62,746 nt of DNA, filler included, from 6 parts of 6 records of this genome joined end to end with filler, not necessarily neighbours in it, one strand, 5' to 3'. Counted from the first letter of the whole stretch, positions 29,532 through 41,830 are shown. Translations and numbers: made by a program. Notes: generated from the letters alone by a model not told the origin.

Positions 29532-29865
29532 CTAAATAAAACTAAATTTTCACCTCCTGTTAATAAAATCAACCAATAAACGTGTTATTTTAGGAAAATT
29601 TAGCCTTTTTTAGTTAAAAACAAGCTAAATAAACACACGCATCCTACTAAAACGAGTATACAACACAAGTTTGTTTTTTGCAAGTTTTTAGTTAAAGTTT
29701 AGTTAAAATTTAGTTGTAGTTTAGAATGTGAATCTACTTTTTATTAATAAAAAAGCTGAAAAAACAAACTAAATGTAAATTAAAATTTAGTTATATTTGG
29801 TTGAAATTTAGTTAGAGGTGTTGTACATTAGTATTAATAAGTTTTGATCGAAAGGGGGTAAAAGG

Positions 29866-30051
29866 ATGCTAAAGAGAAGGTTGCTTAATAGTGAATTATG
29901 CAGTGATTTAGTTGAGAGAGAGTTGGATAATTTAGAATATAAGAGAATAAGCTATGATTCAAATGCAATAGTAAGAACAGGAGAATTTACACCTTATGCA
30001 AATATTTTTTTGCTTTTAGGTGCTGATTTTACTCAAATAATAAAGAGTTAA
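29866..30051 (+). CDS. Small hypothetical protein (61 aa)
   Basis: ATG with a purine-rich RBS; no recognisable motif. Confidence 0.3.
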   Translation: MLKRRLLNSELCSDLVERELDNLEYKRISYDSNAIVRTGEFTPYANIFLLLGADFTQIIKS

Positions 30052-30175
30052 CTGAAGTATAAAATAGAGTTTTAGTAAGGTCTATATAGGTTTTACTAAA
30101 ATTAACTAAAAACTATTTTTTTAGGGATACATGCTATAATTTTACAAAACACAATTAATCCGAGGAGAAATTATT

Positions 30176-31206
30176 ATGAAAATGAAAGATTTAGCTGAAA
30201 TAATTGGAGTATCTCCAGGAACTATTTCTAATGCCCTAAATAATCGAAAGGGTGTGAGCGAAGAACAGAGAAAAAGAATTTTAGCCCTTGCCAAAGAGCA
30301 TGGATACGTAAAGAGAGAGAGTAAAAAATCTGAGAAAAAGGAAAATAGAAAATCTGAAAAAAAGGTATAATCAGATTTATTGTTTTTAAAAATAGCGGTA
30401 TTGTTTTTGGCGATACACCTTTTTTCTCTGCTTTAATAGAAGGGATAGAGAGAAAAACTTTTGACGAAGGTTATGAATTAGCCATTTCTCATATTACAGA
30501 GAATGAATGTACAAGGGTTAAGGAACTTACTGCAAGTGAAGAGGTTGTAGGAGTTATCCTTCTTGCTACCGAGATGTTACCGGAAAATCTTCATATTATT
30601 GAGAAGATAAAACGACCAACAGTTGTGGTTGATAGTTATTTTAAATCTAAAAACTATGATTTTGTTTTGATAGATAATAGTGGAGGAGTAAAAAAAGCCA
30701 TGGATCATTTAATCGAAAATGGTCACAAGGAAATAGGCTTTTTACAAAGTTCAATATATATAAATAACTTTTATTATAGATACAAAGAGTACAAAGACTC
30801 GATGTATGATAATAAATTTAAGGTAAATAGCGATTTTACCTATAAATTAACTCCAACTTTGGAGGGAGCATATAAGGATATGCTGGAATACTTAAAAACT
30901 AACAAGAATAATTTACCTACAGCTTTTATGGCTGACAATGATATTATTGCAATTGGTGCCATGAGAGCTCTTTCGGAATTTGGAATAAAGATGCCGGAGG
31001 ATATATCAATAGTTGGCTTTGATGATATGCCGTTTTCTGAAGTATCAAACCCAAGGCTAACAACAATACGTGTTTTCAAGGAATACTTTGGAGAGATGGC
31101 AGTTAAGAGGTTAATAGGGAAAATTAATAATAACGATAAGATGACATTAAAAATAGAGGTTGAAACGGAACTAATTGAAAGAGATAGTGTTAAAAATCTT
31201 AAATAA
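30176..31206 (+). CDS. LacI-family transcriptional regulator (frameshift in the A-run near 30360)
   Basis: HTH MKDLAEIIGVSPGTISNALN; next frame GIIRFIVFKNSG...; PTAFMADNDIIAIGAM, DISIVGFDD, PRLTTI. Confidence 0.9.
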
Positions 31207-31402
31207 AAGAGGTAAACAAGCTTGATTGTGTAGGTGACTATAATTTTGGTTAAGAGATATATTGTTAAAATAAAATAGAAAAATACCTCTTAGAGTTGTT
31301 GAGTTGCTAACAAGTTTTAGAGGTATTTTTTATTTTTAAAAATAAGCCTTGAAAGATTTCTACTTCTATAGTAAACTTTGTCCTAACAAGGAGGGTCAAG
31401 TT

Positions 31403-32095
31403 ATGTTGAAAAGAGCGAAGTTTATTAAACGAAAAAATGAATATGATGGTGTATTTACTTTTTTCTTTGAAAATAATAATATAAATTATAAAGCTGGTCA
31501 ATATGCATCAGTTATGGCCATTGGTGAGGAAAGAGAAACTCGTGTTCTTTCATTTGCTTCTCATCCATCGGAGGATGCTGTTAAATTCATAATGAATACA
31601 GCTAGCAACAGCGCATTTAAAAAAACTATGATGAATTTGATAGAAGGGCAAGTGGTTTTCCTTTATGATATCAAGGGAAAACTAAAATTTCCAATTCAAG
31701 ATGAAAAAAACTATGTATTTTTATCTGGAGGAGTTGGAATAGCACCCTACAGGTCATTGATAAAGGAAAATATTGATGAAAGTCTGAATGTGATAGTAGC
31801 ACAAGTACAGGAGGAGAAACACCTGTTTAAAGATGAATTACTTCCACTAGTTAAAAGTTATATAGCTATTCACCCGGATAATTTCGATTCTGATATATTA
31901 AATTTAATAAAGAATAATAAAGATGCTATATTTTATGTATGTGGTTCAAAGAGGTTTATAGAGGGAGTTGGCAAACTTTTTGTAGAAACTGATTTTCCTG
32001 AATCACGTATTCAGCTTGAAAGTTTTACCAGAGAAAAAGATGGTACTGGATGTTATGTTTGCACATGTGGACTTAGAGCTCAATGTAATTGTTAA
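31403..32095 (+). CDS. Ferredoxin-NADP-reductase-like FAD/NAD(P)-binding oxidoreductase
   Basis: YKAGQY, RVLSFAS, LSGGVGIAPYRS, FYVCGS, LESF. Start at 31403 after GGAGG. Confidence 0.85.
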   Translation: MLKRAKFIKRKNEYDGVFTFFFENNNINYKAGQYASVMAIGEERETRVLSFASHPSEDAVKFIMNTASNSAFKKTMMNLIEGQVVFLYDIKGKLKFPIQDEKNYVFLSGGVGIAPYRSLIKENIDESLNVIVAQVQEEKHLFKDELLPLVKSYIAIHPDNFDSDILNLIKNNKDAIFYVCGSKRFIEGVGKLFVETDFPESRIQLESFTREKDGTGCYVCTCGLRAQCNC

Positions 32096-32287
32096 GAAAA
32101 GAGTATTTAGAGCTCTTGTAGGGGATTTTATATTTAACTAAAATTCTTTACAAGTATTCTAAGGAATTTTTAAGAAAAAACTCCTATACTTAATCGTTGT
32201 TGACAGAACAAGTAAAGAAAGTTTTGTCTTCATTTTTTTTATTCAGATATATCTAATTGAATATAATATAAAAAATAAAGGAGTGAT

Positions 32288-32830
32288 ATGATGAAAAAAG
32301 TAATATTATTAATCTTTGCTATTAGCGCTATCTCTTTTTCAGCAGAAACTGATGGTATTGGAGGAGCTTCACTTAATCCTGGACAGGTAATGAAAAAATT
32401 TAAGGAATTATCTGTAAAAGCAGATAAAGCTGTCAAAGCTGATGATTGGTTTTTAAAAGAGAGTACTAGTGACGAAATTGAAGGTTTTATTGAAGCAACA
32501 GAATCATACGATGGAGTCTCAAGTCCATCAGCAAAAAGAAATGTAGCAAAAATGAATAAAGTACTAAAAGCTAAGCTGGCTAAATTACAAAAAGTAGATG
32601 GTGTTGGAGGAGCGTCTCTTGATCCTCAAAAAGTTATGCCAAGATATAGCTTGGTAAGTAAGTTGTTAGATAAAGCTATTAAAACAGGAGAAGGAAAAGC
32701 AAAAGCAACTAAAGAAGCAAATGACTTATTAGCTTTTATCGGAAAATGGAAAGGCTCGCAAAGTGAAGAGTCTAAAAAAAATCTAAGTAAATTTGAATCT
32801 TCTATTAATGAAAAATTGAAAAAATTATAG
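32288..32830 (+). CDS. Secreted protein with an internal repeat (DGxGGAS motifs)
   Basis: Sec signal (MMKKVILLIFAISAISFS); DGIGGASLNPGQVM and DGVGGASLDPQKVM repeats. Confidence 0.8.
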   Translation: MMKKVILLIFAISAISFSAETDGIGGASLNPGQVMKKFKELSVKADKAVKADDWFLKESTSDEIEGFIEATESYDGVSSPSAKRNVAKMNKVLKAKLAKLQKVDGVGGASLDPQKVMPRYSLVSKLLDKAIKTGEGKAKATKEANDLLAFIGKWKGSQSEESKKNLSKFESSINEKLKKL

Positions 32831-32841
32831 TGAACTAAATA

Positions 32842-32882
32842 AAACTCCCCATGAAGTATTTTAACTTCGTGGGGAGTTTGTT
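32842..32882. terminator. Bidirectional terminator
   Basis: AAACTCCCCATGAAGT...ACTTCGTGGGGAGTTT between convergent genes. Confidence 0.8.
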
Positions 32883-32931
32883 TAATACGGAATAATTATT
32901 GTATTTTATTTTTACTTATTTTTGAATTAAT

Positions 32932-33839
32932 TTATTTCCAAACTAACTTGTTTCTACCACTTTTTTTAGCCTTGTATAACATCTCATCAGCCATTTCAAC
33001 TAATTTGTCTAATGAATCACTGGAATCAACAACTGTTGCGCCACCTAATGATATTGTTACAAAATTACAAATCTCTGATTTTTCATGTTTTATATTTAGT
33101 TTAGTTACAGTATCTCTGATCTTTTCCCCTACTATTTTTGCACCTTCTTTATCAGTTTCAGGAGCAAAACCACGAACTCCTCACCACCATATCTAGCAAC
33201 CACATCTCCACCAACTCTGATTGAGCTTTTGATAGAAAGGGCAACCTCTCGTAACACTATATCTCCCTCTGCATGACCATAACAATCATTGAAGTTTTTA
33301 AAATAATCTACGTCAATCATTATAAGAGAAAGTGGTAAGTGATTTCTCTCAGCTCGTTTAATCTCTTTTTCAAACATTTCATCAAAAAATCTTCTGTTAT
33401 TAATTTCAGTTAAACAATCATAACCAAGCTGTGTTTCAAGCATCTCTCTTTGTTTGATAATTTTAATATGGTTCATAACCCTTAACTTAACAACGCCGTG
33501 GTGAAATGGCTTTGTTATATAATCAGAGGCACCTAATTTTAACCCAAGCTCTTCATCATTATCTGAATCTAGGGCCGAGATTATTATAACCGGGATATTA
33601 TTCGTTTTTTCATTTGATTTTAATTTTCGAAGGACCTCATAGCCATCCATTTCAGGCATCAATATATCAAGTATAATTAAGTCAATAGAAAAATCTTTGT
33701 TTAATCTGTCAAAAACTTGTACTCCATTTTTTGCTAAGATAATTTCATATTCATCTTCTAATAACTCAGATAGTATTTTTCTATTAATTGCTTCATCTTC
33801 AGCTACTAGTATTCGATACTTTTTCTCCACCATATTCAT
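32932..33839 (-). CDS. Response regulator-diguanylate cyclase (REC-GGEEF; frameshift near 33160)
   Basis: REC domain (LDILMPEMDG), ARYGGEEF; next frame ETDKEGA...VTISLG...ADEMLYKAKKSGRN to the stop at 32932. Confidence 0.9.
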
Positions 33840-36022
33840 CTCCCATATCGATTTTAATAGTGTTGATCACCTTTAGTGCTTCTTCATACTCTACATCGTC
33901 GATGTATTCTCTAATTTGTTTGAAATAATCTTTCAATTTTTCGTTTTCCGTCATTTGTTCTAACTCTTCTGACAATTTATTTGATTTAGAGTTTCCATCA
34001 TTTAAATAATTTGCCAATATCTCAATTTTTTCAATAAATTCTGTCATATCAAAACTTTTATGTTTTTCTTTAACAATTGCTTCAACTGGGATATTATCTA
34101 GTTGAGATTTTAAATGCTCAAACGATTTTTTACTTATAGATTCCAAGTTTGAAAAAATACTATTAATATCGCTATTTTGATTTTCCCTAATAGCCCTTTC
34201 TAGCTTTGCAGAGATATCTGAGATTTCAGAGAAACCTAATACGCCTGCAACTCCCCTTATTGAATGTGCTTCAAGTTCAGCTTGCTTATATTTTCCCTTT
34301 TTAAGATAATCTCTAATTATACTAATTGAATCAAATTTTGTTGTTACAAATTTTTTCAGCAAACTATGATAATTAGAAACAGAATTTCCTGTTAATCTTA
34401 GACCTTGATTATAGTCTAATCCGGCTATGTTTGTCAAATACATTCTAATATTATCATTTTTAACAACATGTTGTTTTTGTTGACTTTTTTCAATTAAGTT
34501 ATAACCATATAACCACTGTATTAATTTTGAGACTAACATATCAGGGTCGACAGGTTTAGTTATATAATCATTCATACCTATTGACATACACTGTTCCATA
34601 CTTTCAGTTAATGTATTTGCTGACATTGCTATGATTGGGATATCTAAGTTATGTTCTTTACGAATTAATTTTGTAGCGTCTATTCCATCCATTTCTGGCA
34701 TATGAATGTCCATAAAGACTAGATTATAGTCGTTGTTAAGTATTGATTTTATTGCTTCAATTCCATTTAAAGCATAATCAACATTAATCCCCATCTGTTC
34801 CAAAAATTCACCGGAAACCTCTAAATTGATTTTATTATCATCTACAAGTAAAACATTTGCTTTTTTACCCTTAGTTTCAGAGACGAAATAAGGAATAGCT
34901 TCTTTTTTAACTTTAATTATTGTACTATCATCATTTCCAAAAACTCTTTTAATAGAGTTTATAAATGATTTATGCAAAAATGGTTTTTCCAAGATATCTT
35001 CAAAATCCAGATAAGAGTAGTTTTCTAAAAACTTTTCTCTACCGTATATTGGAACAGTACATATTTTCTTTAGTTGTACTAAATATTTATTTGATTTAAT
35101 AATGTTTAATATTTTATCAAAGTTAAGACTGTTTAATCCGTATCCTAGAATAATTAGAGAATAATCTTCTAAAAAACTCTCATTAAATTTTTCTAATTCC
35201 TCTATATTAGTTAAAACAGAGCTATCAATAGAGTAGCTATTTAATATAGTTTTTAATATATTGCTTTGAGTGGTGTTTTCGTCAATAATTAAAACTTTTT
35301 TACTCAAGATTTCCTTTATATTCTGATCTAAATTTTTATCCTTTTCTGATTTGAATTCTAACGAAATATCAAAATAAAATTGACTTCCTTTACCAACTTC
35401 ACTTTCGCATCTGATCTCACCATTCATTAAGGTAACTAATTGTTTTGATATAGCTAAACCAAGTCCCGTCCCTCCGTATTTTCTAGTTGTAGAACTATCT
35501 GCTTGATGGAAGGACTTAAATAGTTTAGTAATTTGATCTTTACTCATTCCAATACCGGTATCTTTTACGGTAAACTTTATTTTAGCTTCATTTGAGGTAT
35601 TTTCAGCTAATACTGCTTTTATCAAAACCTCTCCTCGATCAGTAAATTTAACTGCATTATTGGCTAGATTAATTAAAATCTGTCCAAGTCTAATCGGATC
35701 TCCTAATAATTTGTTTGGAATCTCATTTGAGATATCAAAGATAAAATTGATTCCCTTTTCATATGCTCTCAAGCCTACAATTGTTTTTAGATTCTCTATG
35801 ACATCATCAAAATTAAACTCAATAGTTTCAAGAATGATTTTACCAGCTTCCATTTTTGAGTAATCTAAGATACCATTTATTATTGTTAAGAGGTCTTTAG
35901 CAGAACGATTAATTTTGAATAGATAATCCTCCTGTTTTGATGTTAATTCACTTCTCAATGTCAATTCTGATAATCCAATAACTGCATTCATCGGTGTTCT
36001 TATCTCATGACTCATATTTGCT
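33799..36022 (-). CDS. Hybrid sensor histidine kinase (HisKA-HATPase-REC-REC-Hpt), 5' truncated
   Basis: ANMSHEIRTPMN, NLANNAVKFT, DTGIG, GGTGLGL, FMDIHMPEMDG, Hpt AHSIRGVAG. Confidence 0.94.
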
Positions 36023-36122
36023 NNNNNNNNNNNNNNNNNNNNNNNNNNNNNNNNNNNNNNNNNNNNTTAATTAATTAANNNNNNNNNNNNNNNNNNNNNN
36101 NNNNNNNNNNNNNNNNNNNNNN
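36023..36122. other. Artificial contig linker
   Basis: N-run + TTAATTAATTAA + N-run. Confidence 0.99.
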
Positions 36123-36150
36123 GCGTTTGTGCCCTTTATCGACGGTCTGA
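36123..36150. mobile_element. Probable IS1182-family terminal inverted repeat at the contig edge
   Basis: CTTTATCGACGGTCTGA resembles clostridial IS1182-type ends (CTTTGTCGACAGTCTG) and abuts a hairpin. Confidence 0.45.
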
Positions 36151-36187
36151 ACGCCACTTAAGTAAGTGACGTAAATAAAACTTTTTA

Positions 36188-37141
36188 TTAATCCTGTTTA
36201 TACCTAAGCTTTTCCTTCAGCCCAAAATCTAGTGCAAAACTTTCGTCAATTGCATTAGTTGGACAAGCATATGCACAAGTACTGCATTGTATACATTCTG
36301 TCGATAAAACTCTTTTACCAGCATTTTTATAATCTAAAAGCTTAATATCCATAGGACAAACCTTTTCACATTTTCCACAGTCTATACATTTTTCAGCATC
36401 TATCTTTATTTTCATTAATGAAAATCTCGCACCAATCTTCATAAACGCTGTAATTGGACAAACGTATTTACAAAAAGCACGGTTATCTTTTAATACTATT
36501 GCTAAAATTATAGATACTACATAATATAGTGCATTACCAACAACAAGCCATATCATCTCTATATTGTTAGTCGTCCCAGACCTTGTCAGCAATGCATCCT
36601 TATCCTCTAATGAAACCCAAAGGATAACGACCAAAGATAAAGATACAATAAAGTGAATATATCGTAGTATACCCCATTTCCTTATACGACCCTCTTTATT
36701 TTCTTTCCAAGGCAAAAGGTCCAAAACCATTGCTGTCCAACATGCATAAGCGCACCAACCTCTACTAAATATAACTGTGCCTGCTATCTTTGCGATAAAA
36801 TAGTGAAGTGTAGCCCCCGCAAAAACACCAGAGAATAAGTACATAAAAAAACCTTCTAATTGCATGTTTTCTTTGCCAATAAACCCCAAAAAGCCAAGCA
36901 TATATACACCAACTAAAACCTGAGCAATTCTTCTGCCAGTTGGAGCGTATTTTTTCTTTAAAGCACTACTCAAAAACACACCAAGTCCAAGCGCTGTCCC
37001 TAGATAAATAAAATTAAATATATAAAATATATTACCTGTAGCCGTGTATCTCCATATAGCAATTGAATAAAAAATAACTATAAACATCAATGGAAATAGT
37101 ATTGCATCTTTTTTAATATTAAAATATTCCTTTAATTTCAT
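36188..37141 (-). CDS. Membrane 4Fe-4S binding protein (NapH/MauN-like)
   Basis: Multiple TM helices; RGWCAYACW, RAFCKYVCP and two CxxCxxCxxxCP motifs. Confidence 0.9.
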   Translation of the reverse strand: MKLKEYFNIKKDAILFPLMFIVIFYSIAIWRYTATGNIFYIFNFIYLGTALGLGVFLSSALKKKYAPTGRRIAQVLVGVYMLGFLGFIGKENMQLEGFFMYLFSGVFAGATLHYFIAKIAGTVIFSRGWCAYACWTAMVLDLLPWKENKEGRIRKWGILRYIHFIVSLSLVVILWVSLEDKDALLTRSGTTNNIEMIWLVVGNALYYVVSIILAIVLKDNRAFCKYVCPITAFMKIGARFSLMKIKIDAEKCIDCGKCEKVCPMDIKLLDYKNAGKRVLSTECIQCSTCAYACPTNAIDESFALDFGLKEKLRYKQD

Positions 37142-37412
37142 TGTTCACCCCTCAATATTTTATCTATTTATTACAATAGATGTTATAAAATTGTTTATTT
37201 ATCTAGTATAACAGATATTGGTGATTTTTTTAATTTTTTTATTAAAAAAGTGTGAAAGCTTTTTTATAACCATTACTTTCTACACTCTAAATATCCAATT
37301 CCTCAAATACTTCCTTAGCAACAAAAACACCATTAAATATACGCGAAAACCCAGCATAAACACATATATACATAATAACTTCTATTTAGCTGTTTAAATA
37401 CTATTTGTATTT

Positions 37413-38930
37413 TTAATGTTCCATCACAAAATTATAATTTTCAGGATTAGTATAAAACTCATAGTCCAGTGGGTTAACCCTTAACTCTGGGCTATAGTGT
37501 TTATATACATCCCTATAAACTTTTTCTCTTTTCATCTCTTTTCCACCAGCGTCGTAATATACCTTATACACATCACACGTTATGCCTTTTCTTCCTTTAA
37601 CGTATACAGGTTCTGATCCAACAGGTACTTCATTATCCTTAACATAAACCGGTTCGCCTACGGGTATCGTTTTTTTAGTTTTAACATACATATCAATATA
37701 ATCATACTCGTCTATTTTTGCTCCAAAAATTTCTGCGTAAACATCTAAGCCGTCTGCATACATAGCAATATATATTGGGTAATCTAAGTTGTTTTTAAAC
37801 CTAAAATCCAAAGAACCGTAGTCCACTGTGGCGTCTGTACCTCTTTTTAAATAACTCAATTCAAAAGAATGATGATGTCTTTCCACCACTTCTAGGTCTG
37901 CTCTGAAAACCGCATTATATAGAGTACCCGAAACCTGACAAACACCTCCTGCAATCCCAGGGATTAACTCGTTGCCGCCTACAATAACATTTGCTTCACG
38001 GTACCCCTTAGCAAGCGTCCTCTCTCCAGTAGTCTCGTTCATAGAAAAAACCTCGCCCGGCATAACGACGGTTCCGTTTATAGCGGCGCATGCCAAATCT
38101 ACATTGTGTTGTCTGTTGCTGTTTCTTACCTGTTTTGATTGATACGATGTTATTAGCTTTGTGATGCTTTTTAAATCAATCTGTTCTTCGGGTATTATAA
38201 TTTTATGCGGTACTTTAACAATATGATTCCCAGATTCAGTAAACGCGCCTACAACTTGTTCCCAAAGTAAATCCTCGTCTACATCCACACCATATACTAC
38301 ATCTACATACTTAAACCATTCAGATCTTTCCAGCTCTAAATCAGGATTAAAAACAACCTGCTCTTCTTCAAGTTCTTTTTGATACGAATAAGCAATATCA
38401 TATACTTCTTGTTGAATCGGACTAAGATCTACACTTTTTTGCGTATAAAACTTAAGATTTTCTTTTTCAATTTCCTTAAGTCTTATATATCTGTTTAAAA
38501 TCCAGCCGTATCTTGCTTCACTAAAAGCATTATCCATTACCTCTTCATTATTGTATGTAACATCAACATCCTGCTCAGTAAGGGCGTGTATATATTCTTC
38601 ATACTTTATAGTCACCATTTTATCCAATTGTTCTTTATTATGCTTTTCATCTAAAAGTATAGCTGCTTCTTCCTTTGTTTTTCCTCCAACATCAATATCA
38701 TCAATATATATTCCTGGATAAAATTCATCCGTGTTTAACCTTTGTTTTAGTTGATTGTCGATTAAATATAAAGCTAAAACAACAATAATAAATAAAGCAC
38801 TCGATAATACTATTATCCAAAGCCTTAGTTTGCGATTGATATTTTTTCTATCGTCAAACGGCTCTTTAATTAATATGTTCTTTTCTGTTGTTTCACTATT
38901 TATTACAATTAGCTCATTATTTTTTTTCAT
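37413..38930 (-). CDS. VanW-family protein with N-terminal TM, PG-binding-like region and G5-like tail
   Basis: INGTVVMPGEVFSMNETTGER, GGVCQVSGTLYNAV, DATVDYGSLDFRFKN. Start at 38930. Confidence 0.9.
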   Translation of the reverse strand: MKKNNELIVINSETTEKNILIKEPFDDRKNINRKLRLWIIVLSSALFIIVVLALYLIDNQLKQRLNTDEFYPGIYIDDIDVGGKTKEEAAILLDEKHNKEQLDKMVTIKYEEYIHALTEQDVDVTYNNEEVMDNAFSEARYGWILNRYIRLKEIEKENLKFYTQKSVDLSPIQQEVYDIAYSYQKELEEEQVVFNPDLELERSEWFKYVDVVYGVDVDEDLLWEQVVGAFTESGNHIVKVPHKIIIPEEQIDLKSITKLITSYQSKQVRNSNRQHNVDLACAAINGTVVMPGEVFSMNETTGERTLAKGYREANVIVGGNELIPGIAGGVCQVSGTLYNAVFRADLEVVERHHHSFELSYLKRGTDATVDYGSLDFRFKNNLDYPIYIAMYADGLDVYAEIFGAKIDEYDYIDMYVKTKKTIPVGEPVYVKDNEVPVGSEPVYVKGRKGITCDVYKVYYDAGGKEMKREKVYRDVYKHYSPELRVNPLDYEFYTNPENYNFVMEH

Positions 38931-39396
38931 ATATTCAACCCTATTTTGGTAATAATTCTTATTATTCAAGCACAAAAAATAATGCTTTAACCTATTATAA
39001 AAGCAGCTTTAGTCATATCTTTTAACAAACTTAAACCAATTTGAAAACAATTTAAAAAATCTCCTAGATATTTGATAACCTTTCTTTAATTTATTATATG
39101 TCCTTAAACTATAACAATCTATTGTTTCATCTATAATATTTTTCACCAAAATCAGGTATATTAAACGTTAAAAACTAATATAACAAAGTATTCCTTAATA
39201 AATACATGCATATACTCACATTTTTTCATGATATCACATATTACAATACATAAATTTATTATAATAAAATACAATAATAAAATTTGAAATACATTTATTA
39301 ATCTCAAAATATGTTTTAGTATTGCAAACCTTTATTTTCGCTGATATAATGGTTTATGTAGTATAATTTTACATTAAATTTTTAGGAGGATGACAT

Positions 39397-40089
39397 ATGT
39401 CAGAAACAAAACAAAGTGCTACTGGTTTAAGAATAGTTTCATTTGTTCTATGGGCACTAGCAATCGGATTTGAAGTTTTAGCTATATATATTCTAAATAA
39501 CAACGCATCATTATTTGGACAATCAATAGAAACATGCCTTATTGCAACTTTGGTTATAGATGCAATTCTTTGCATAGTTGCGGCTCAAATTTGGAAAAAA
39601 TCTAACGATATCTCACCATGTAAATCAAAAAGCAAGTTTGTTAGAACAGTTTGGTACCAACTTGGTGTTATAATGGCGGCTATCGCATTTATCCCATTTG
39701 TAATCATACTTTTTGTTAAAAAAGATGCTGATTTGGATATTTCGCCAAAGATGAAAAAAATCATTGGAATAATCGCTATTGCATTATTTGTATTAGTTGG
39801 TTCAACATCATTCGATTTTGATCCACCATCAGAGGAAGCATCAAACGAACTTGAAAGAGTTGTTGCAGATCAGATTGAAGGTTTTGAAGTTGGTGATACA
39901 GTATATTGGACTACATTCGGAAAATCATTCCATACAGATGAAAACTGTAGTGCAATTGCGAGATCTACTAATCGTAGTAGTGAAACTGAAGGTACAATAA
40001 CAGATGCTTGTGATACTAAAAAAGAAGACCCTTGTGATATATGTACAAAAGTTGATCTTCCACTAGAATTAGCAGAAGTAATCGAATAG
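39397..40089 (+). CDS. Membrane protein (4 TM) with a C-terminal His/Cys metal-binding-like domain
   Basis: GGAGG RBS; hydrophobic segments; VYWTTFGKSFHTDENC...PCDIC. Confidence 0.8.
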   Translation: MSETKQSATGLRIVSFVLWALAIGFEVLAIYILNNNASLFGQSIETCLIATLVIDAILCIVAAQIWKKSNDISPCKSKSKFVRTVWYQLGVIMAAIAFIPFVIILFVKKDADLDISPKMKKIIGIIAIALFVLVGSTSFDFDPPSEEASNELERVVADQIEGFEVGDTVYWTTFGKSFHTDENCSAIARSTNRSSETEGTITDACDTKKEDPCDICTKVDLPLELAEVIE

Positions 40090-40240
40090 CAAAATTTTAT
40101 TATAAGTATATCCAGACTATCTTTTATAAGGTAGTCTTTTTTATTTACTTCAATTCTCTATATTAGTGACTTTTATCACATCTTTTAGTTCACTATTGTC
40201 TATACTAAAAGCATAAATTCAAATAAGGAGAATTAACAGT

Positions 40241-41830
40241 ATGGATAATATGTTTTGTTACCAATGTCAAGAAGCTATAAATAATAAAGGATGTAATAAA
40301 GTTGGTGCATGCGGAAAGCTTCCAAAAGTTGCTGATAATCTAGATGCACTAAAATATTCAGTTAAACTGCTTGCTAAAAAAACATTTGAATACAAAGCAA
40401 GCGATGAGCTTGTATCTGAAATTGATATTTTTATCATGAACACTCTTTTTAAATGTATTACGAATGCAAACTTTGACGATGCACAGCTAAAAAACGAAAT
40501 TAATACTGCAAACATTATTTTTGAAAAACTCATTGGAAAAAGCATCGACTTTAATACATACAGCAAACAAGGTAATGCATTGATAACTCAAAACGAAGAT
40601 ATAAGGTCTGCTAGAGAAACTATACTATATGGCCTTATGGGTATGTCCGCTTATCACAGTCACGCATATAATCTTGGAAAAGTATCGCAAGAAGTTTTTG
40701 ATTTTACAAGGTATGCACTATCTTCGTTGCTGGATGATAAACTACAGCTTATGGATTATGTTTCTATCATAGATAAAACTGGAAGCTTTGGTGTAAAAGT
40801 TATGGCACTTTTGGACGAAGCAAATACCAGCACATATGGAAACCCTGTTATCACTAAAGTTGATATCGGTGTAGGAGACAGGCCTGGAATATTGATATCT
40901 GGTCATGATTTACATGATTTAGAAGAATTGCTTATTCAGTCGAAAGACAGTGGTGTTGATATCTATACCCATAGCGAGATGCTACCTGCTCATTATTATC
41001 CTGAGCTTAAAAAATATTCTCATCTACGCGGAAACTACGGCGATGCTTGGCATGCTCAAAAAGACGACTTTGAAGCATTTAACGGTCCAATAGTGTTTAC
41101 TACAAATTGTCTTGTACCACCATCCAAAAACTGCGGATATAACGACAAAGTTTATATTACAGGCAACACAGGAATGCCAAATTGGAAACGCATTAAAATA
41201 GACGAAAACGGTAAAAAGGATTTTTCTGATGTTATTATGCTAGCAAAATCATGCAAGCCGCCTACCGAAATTGAAAATGGTGAAATTATTGGTGGTTTTG
41301 CTCACCATCAAACTTTAGAGCTTTCCGATAAAATAATCGACGCCGTTAGAAGCGGTGCGCTTAAAAAGTTTGTAGTGATGGCTGGATGCGATGGCAGAAA
41401 CGCATCTAGAAAGTACTATACAGAGTTTGCAGAAAAACTGCCTAAGGATACTGCTATTTTGACTGCTGGTTGCGCTAAGTATAGATACAACAAGTTAGAC
41501 CTTGGCGATATAGGTGGCATACCAAGAGTATTAGATGCGGGTCAGTGTAATGATTCGTATTCTCTTGTAGTGATAGCATTAAAACTTGCAGAGGTATTTG
41601 GGTGTGGTGTTAATGAGCTACCTATCGTATACAATATAGCATGGTACGAACAAAAGGCAGTTATTATACTTTTAGCACTTCTTCATCTTGGTGTAAAGAA
41701 CATACGTGTTGGTCCTACAATCCCCGCTTTCTTTTCAAAAAATGTTGCTCAGTACTTAATTGAAACATATAATATCGGTACAATATCGGATGTTGAAACT
41801 GACATAAACGATTTGATTTTAAAAAAGTAA
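40241..41830 (+). CDS. hcp: Hybrid cluster protein (hydroxylamine reductase)
   Basis: MFCYQCQE...GC...[47 protein letters not shown]. Confidence 0.97.
   Translation: MDNMFCYQCQEAINNKGCNKVGACGKLPKVADNLDALKYSVKLLAKKTFEYKASDELVSEIDIFIMNTLFKCITNANFDDAQLKNEINTANIIFEKLIGKSIDFNTYSKQGNALITQNEDIRSARETILYGLMGMSAYHSHAYNLGKVSQEVFDFTRYALSSLLDDKLQLMDYVSIIDKTGSFGVKVMALLDEANTSTYGNPVITKVDIGVGDRPGILISGHDLHDLEELLIQSKDSGVDIYTHSEMLPAHYYPELKKYSHLRGNYGDAWHAQKDDFEAFNGPIVFTTNCLVPPSKNCGYNDKVYITGNTGMPNWKRIKIDENGKKDFSDVIMLAKSCKPPTEIENGEIIGGFAHHQTLELSDKIIDAVRSGALKKFVVMAGCDGRNASRKYYTEFAEKLPKDTAILTAGCAKYRYNKLDLGDIGGIPRVLDAGQCNDSYSLVVIALKLAEVFGCGVNELPIVYNIAWYEQKAVIILLALLHLGVKNIRVGPTIPAFFSKNVAQYLIETYNIGTISDVETDINDLILKK

Noticed and set aside
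37413-38930. Vancomycin resistance locus
   Set aside because: A VanW domain alone is a common Clostridia cell-envelope protein; no vanHAX or vanRS nearby.
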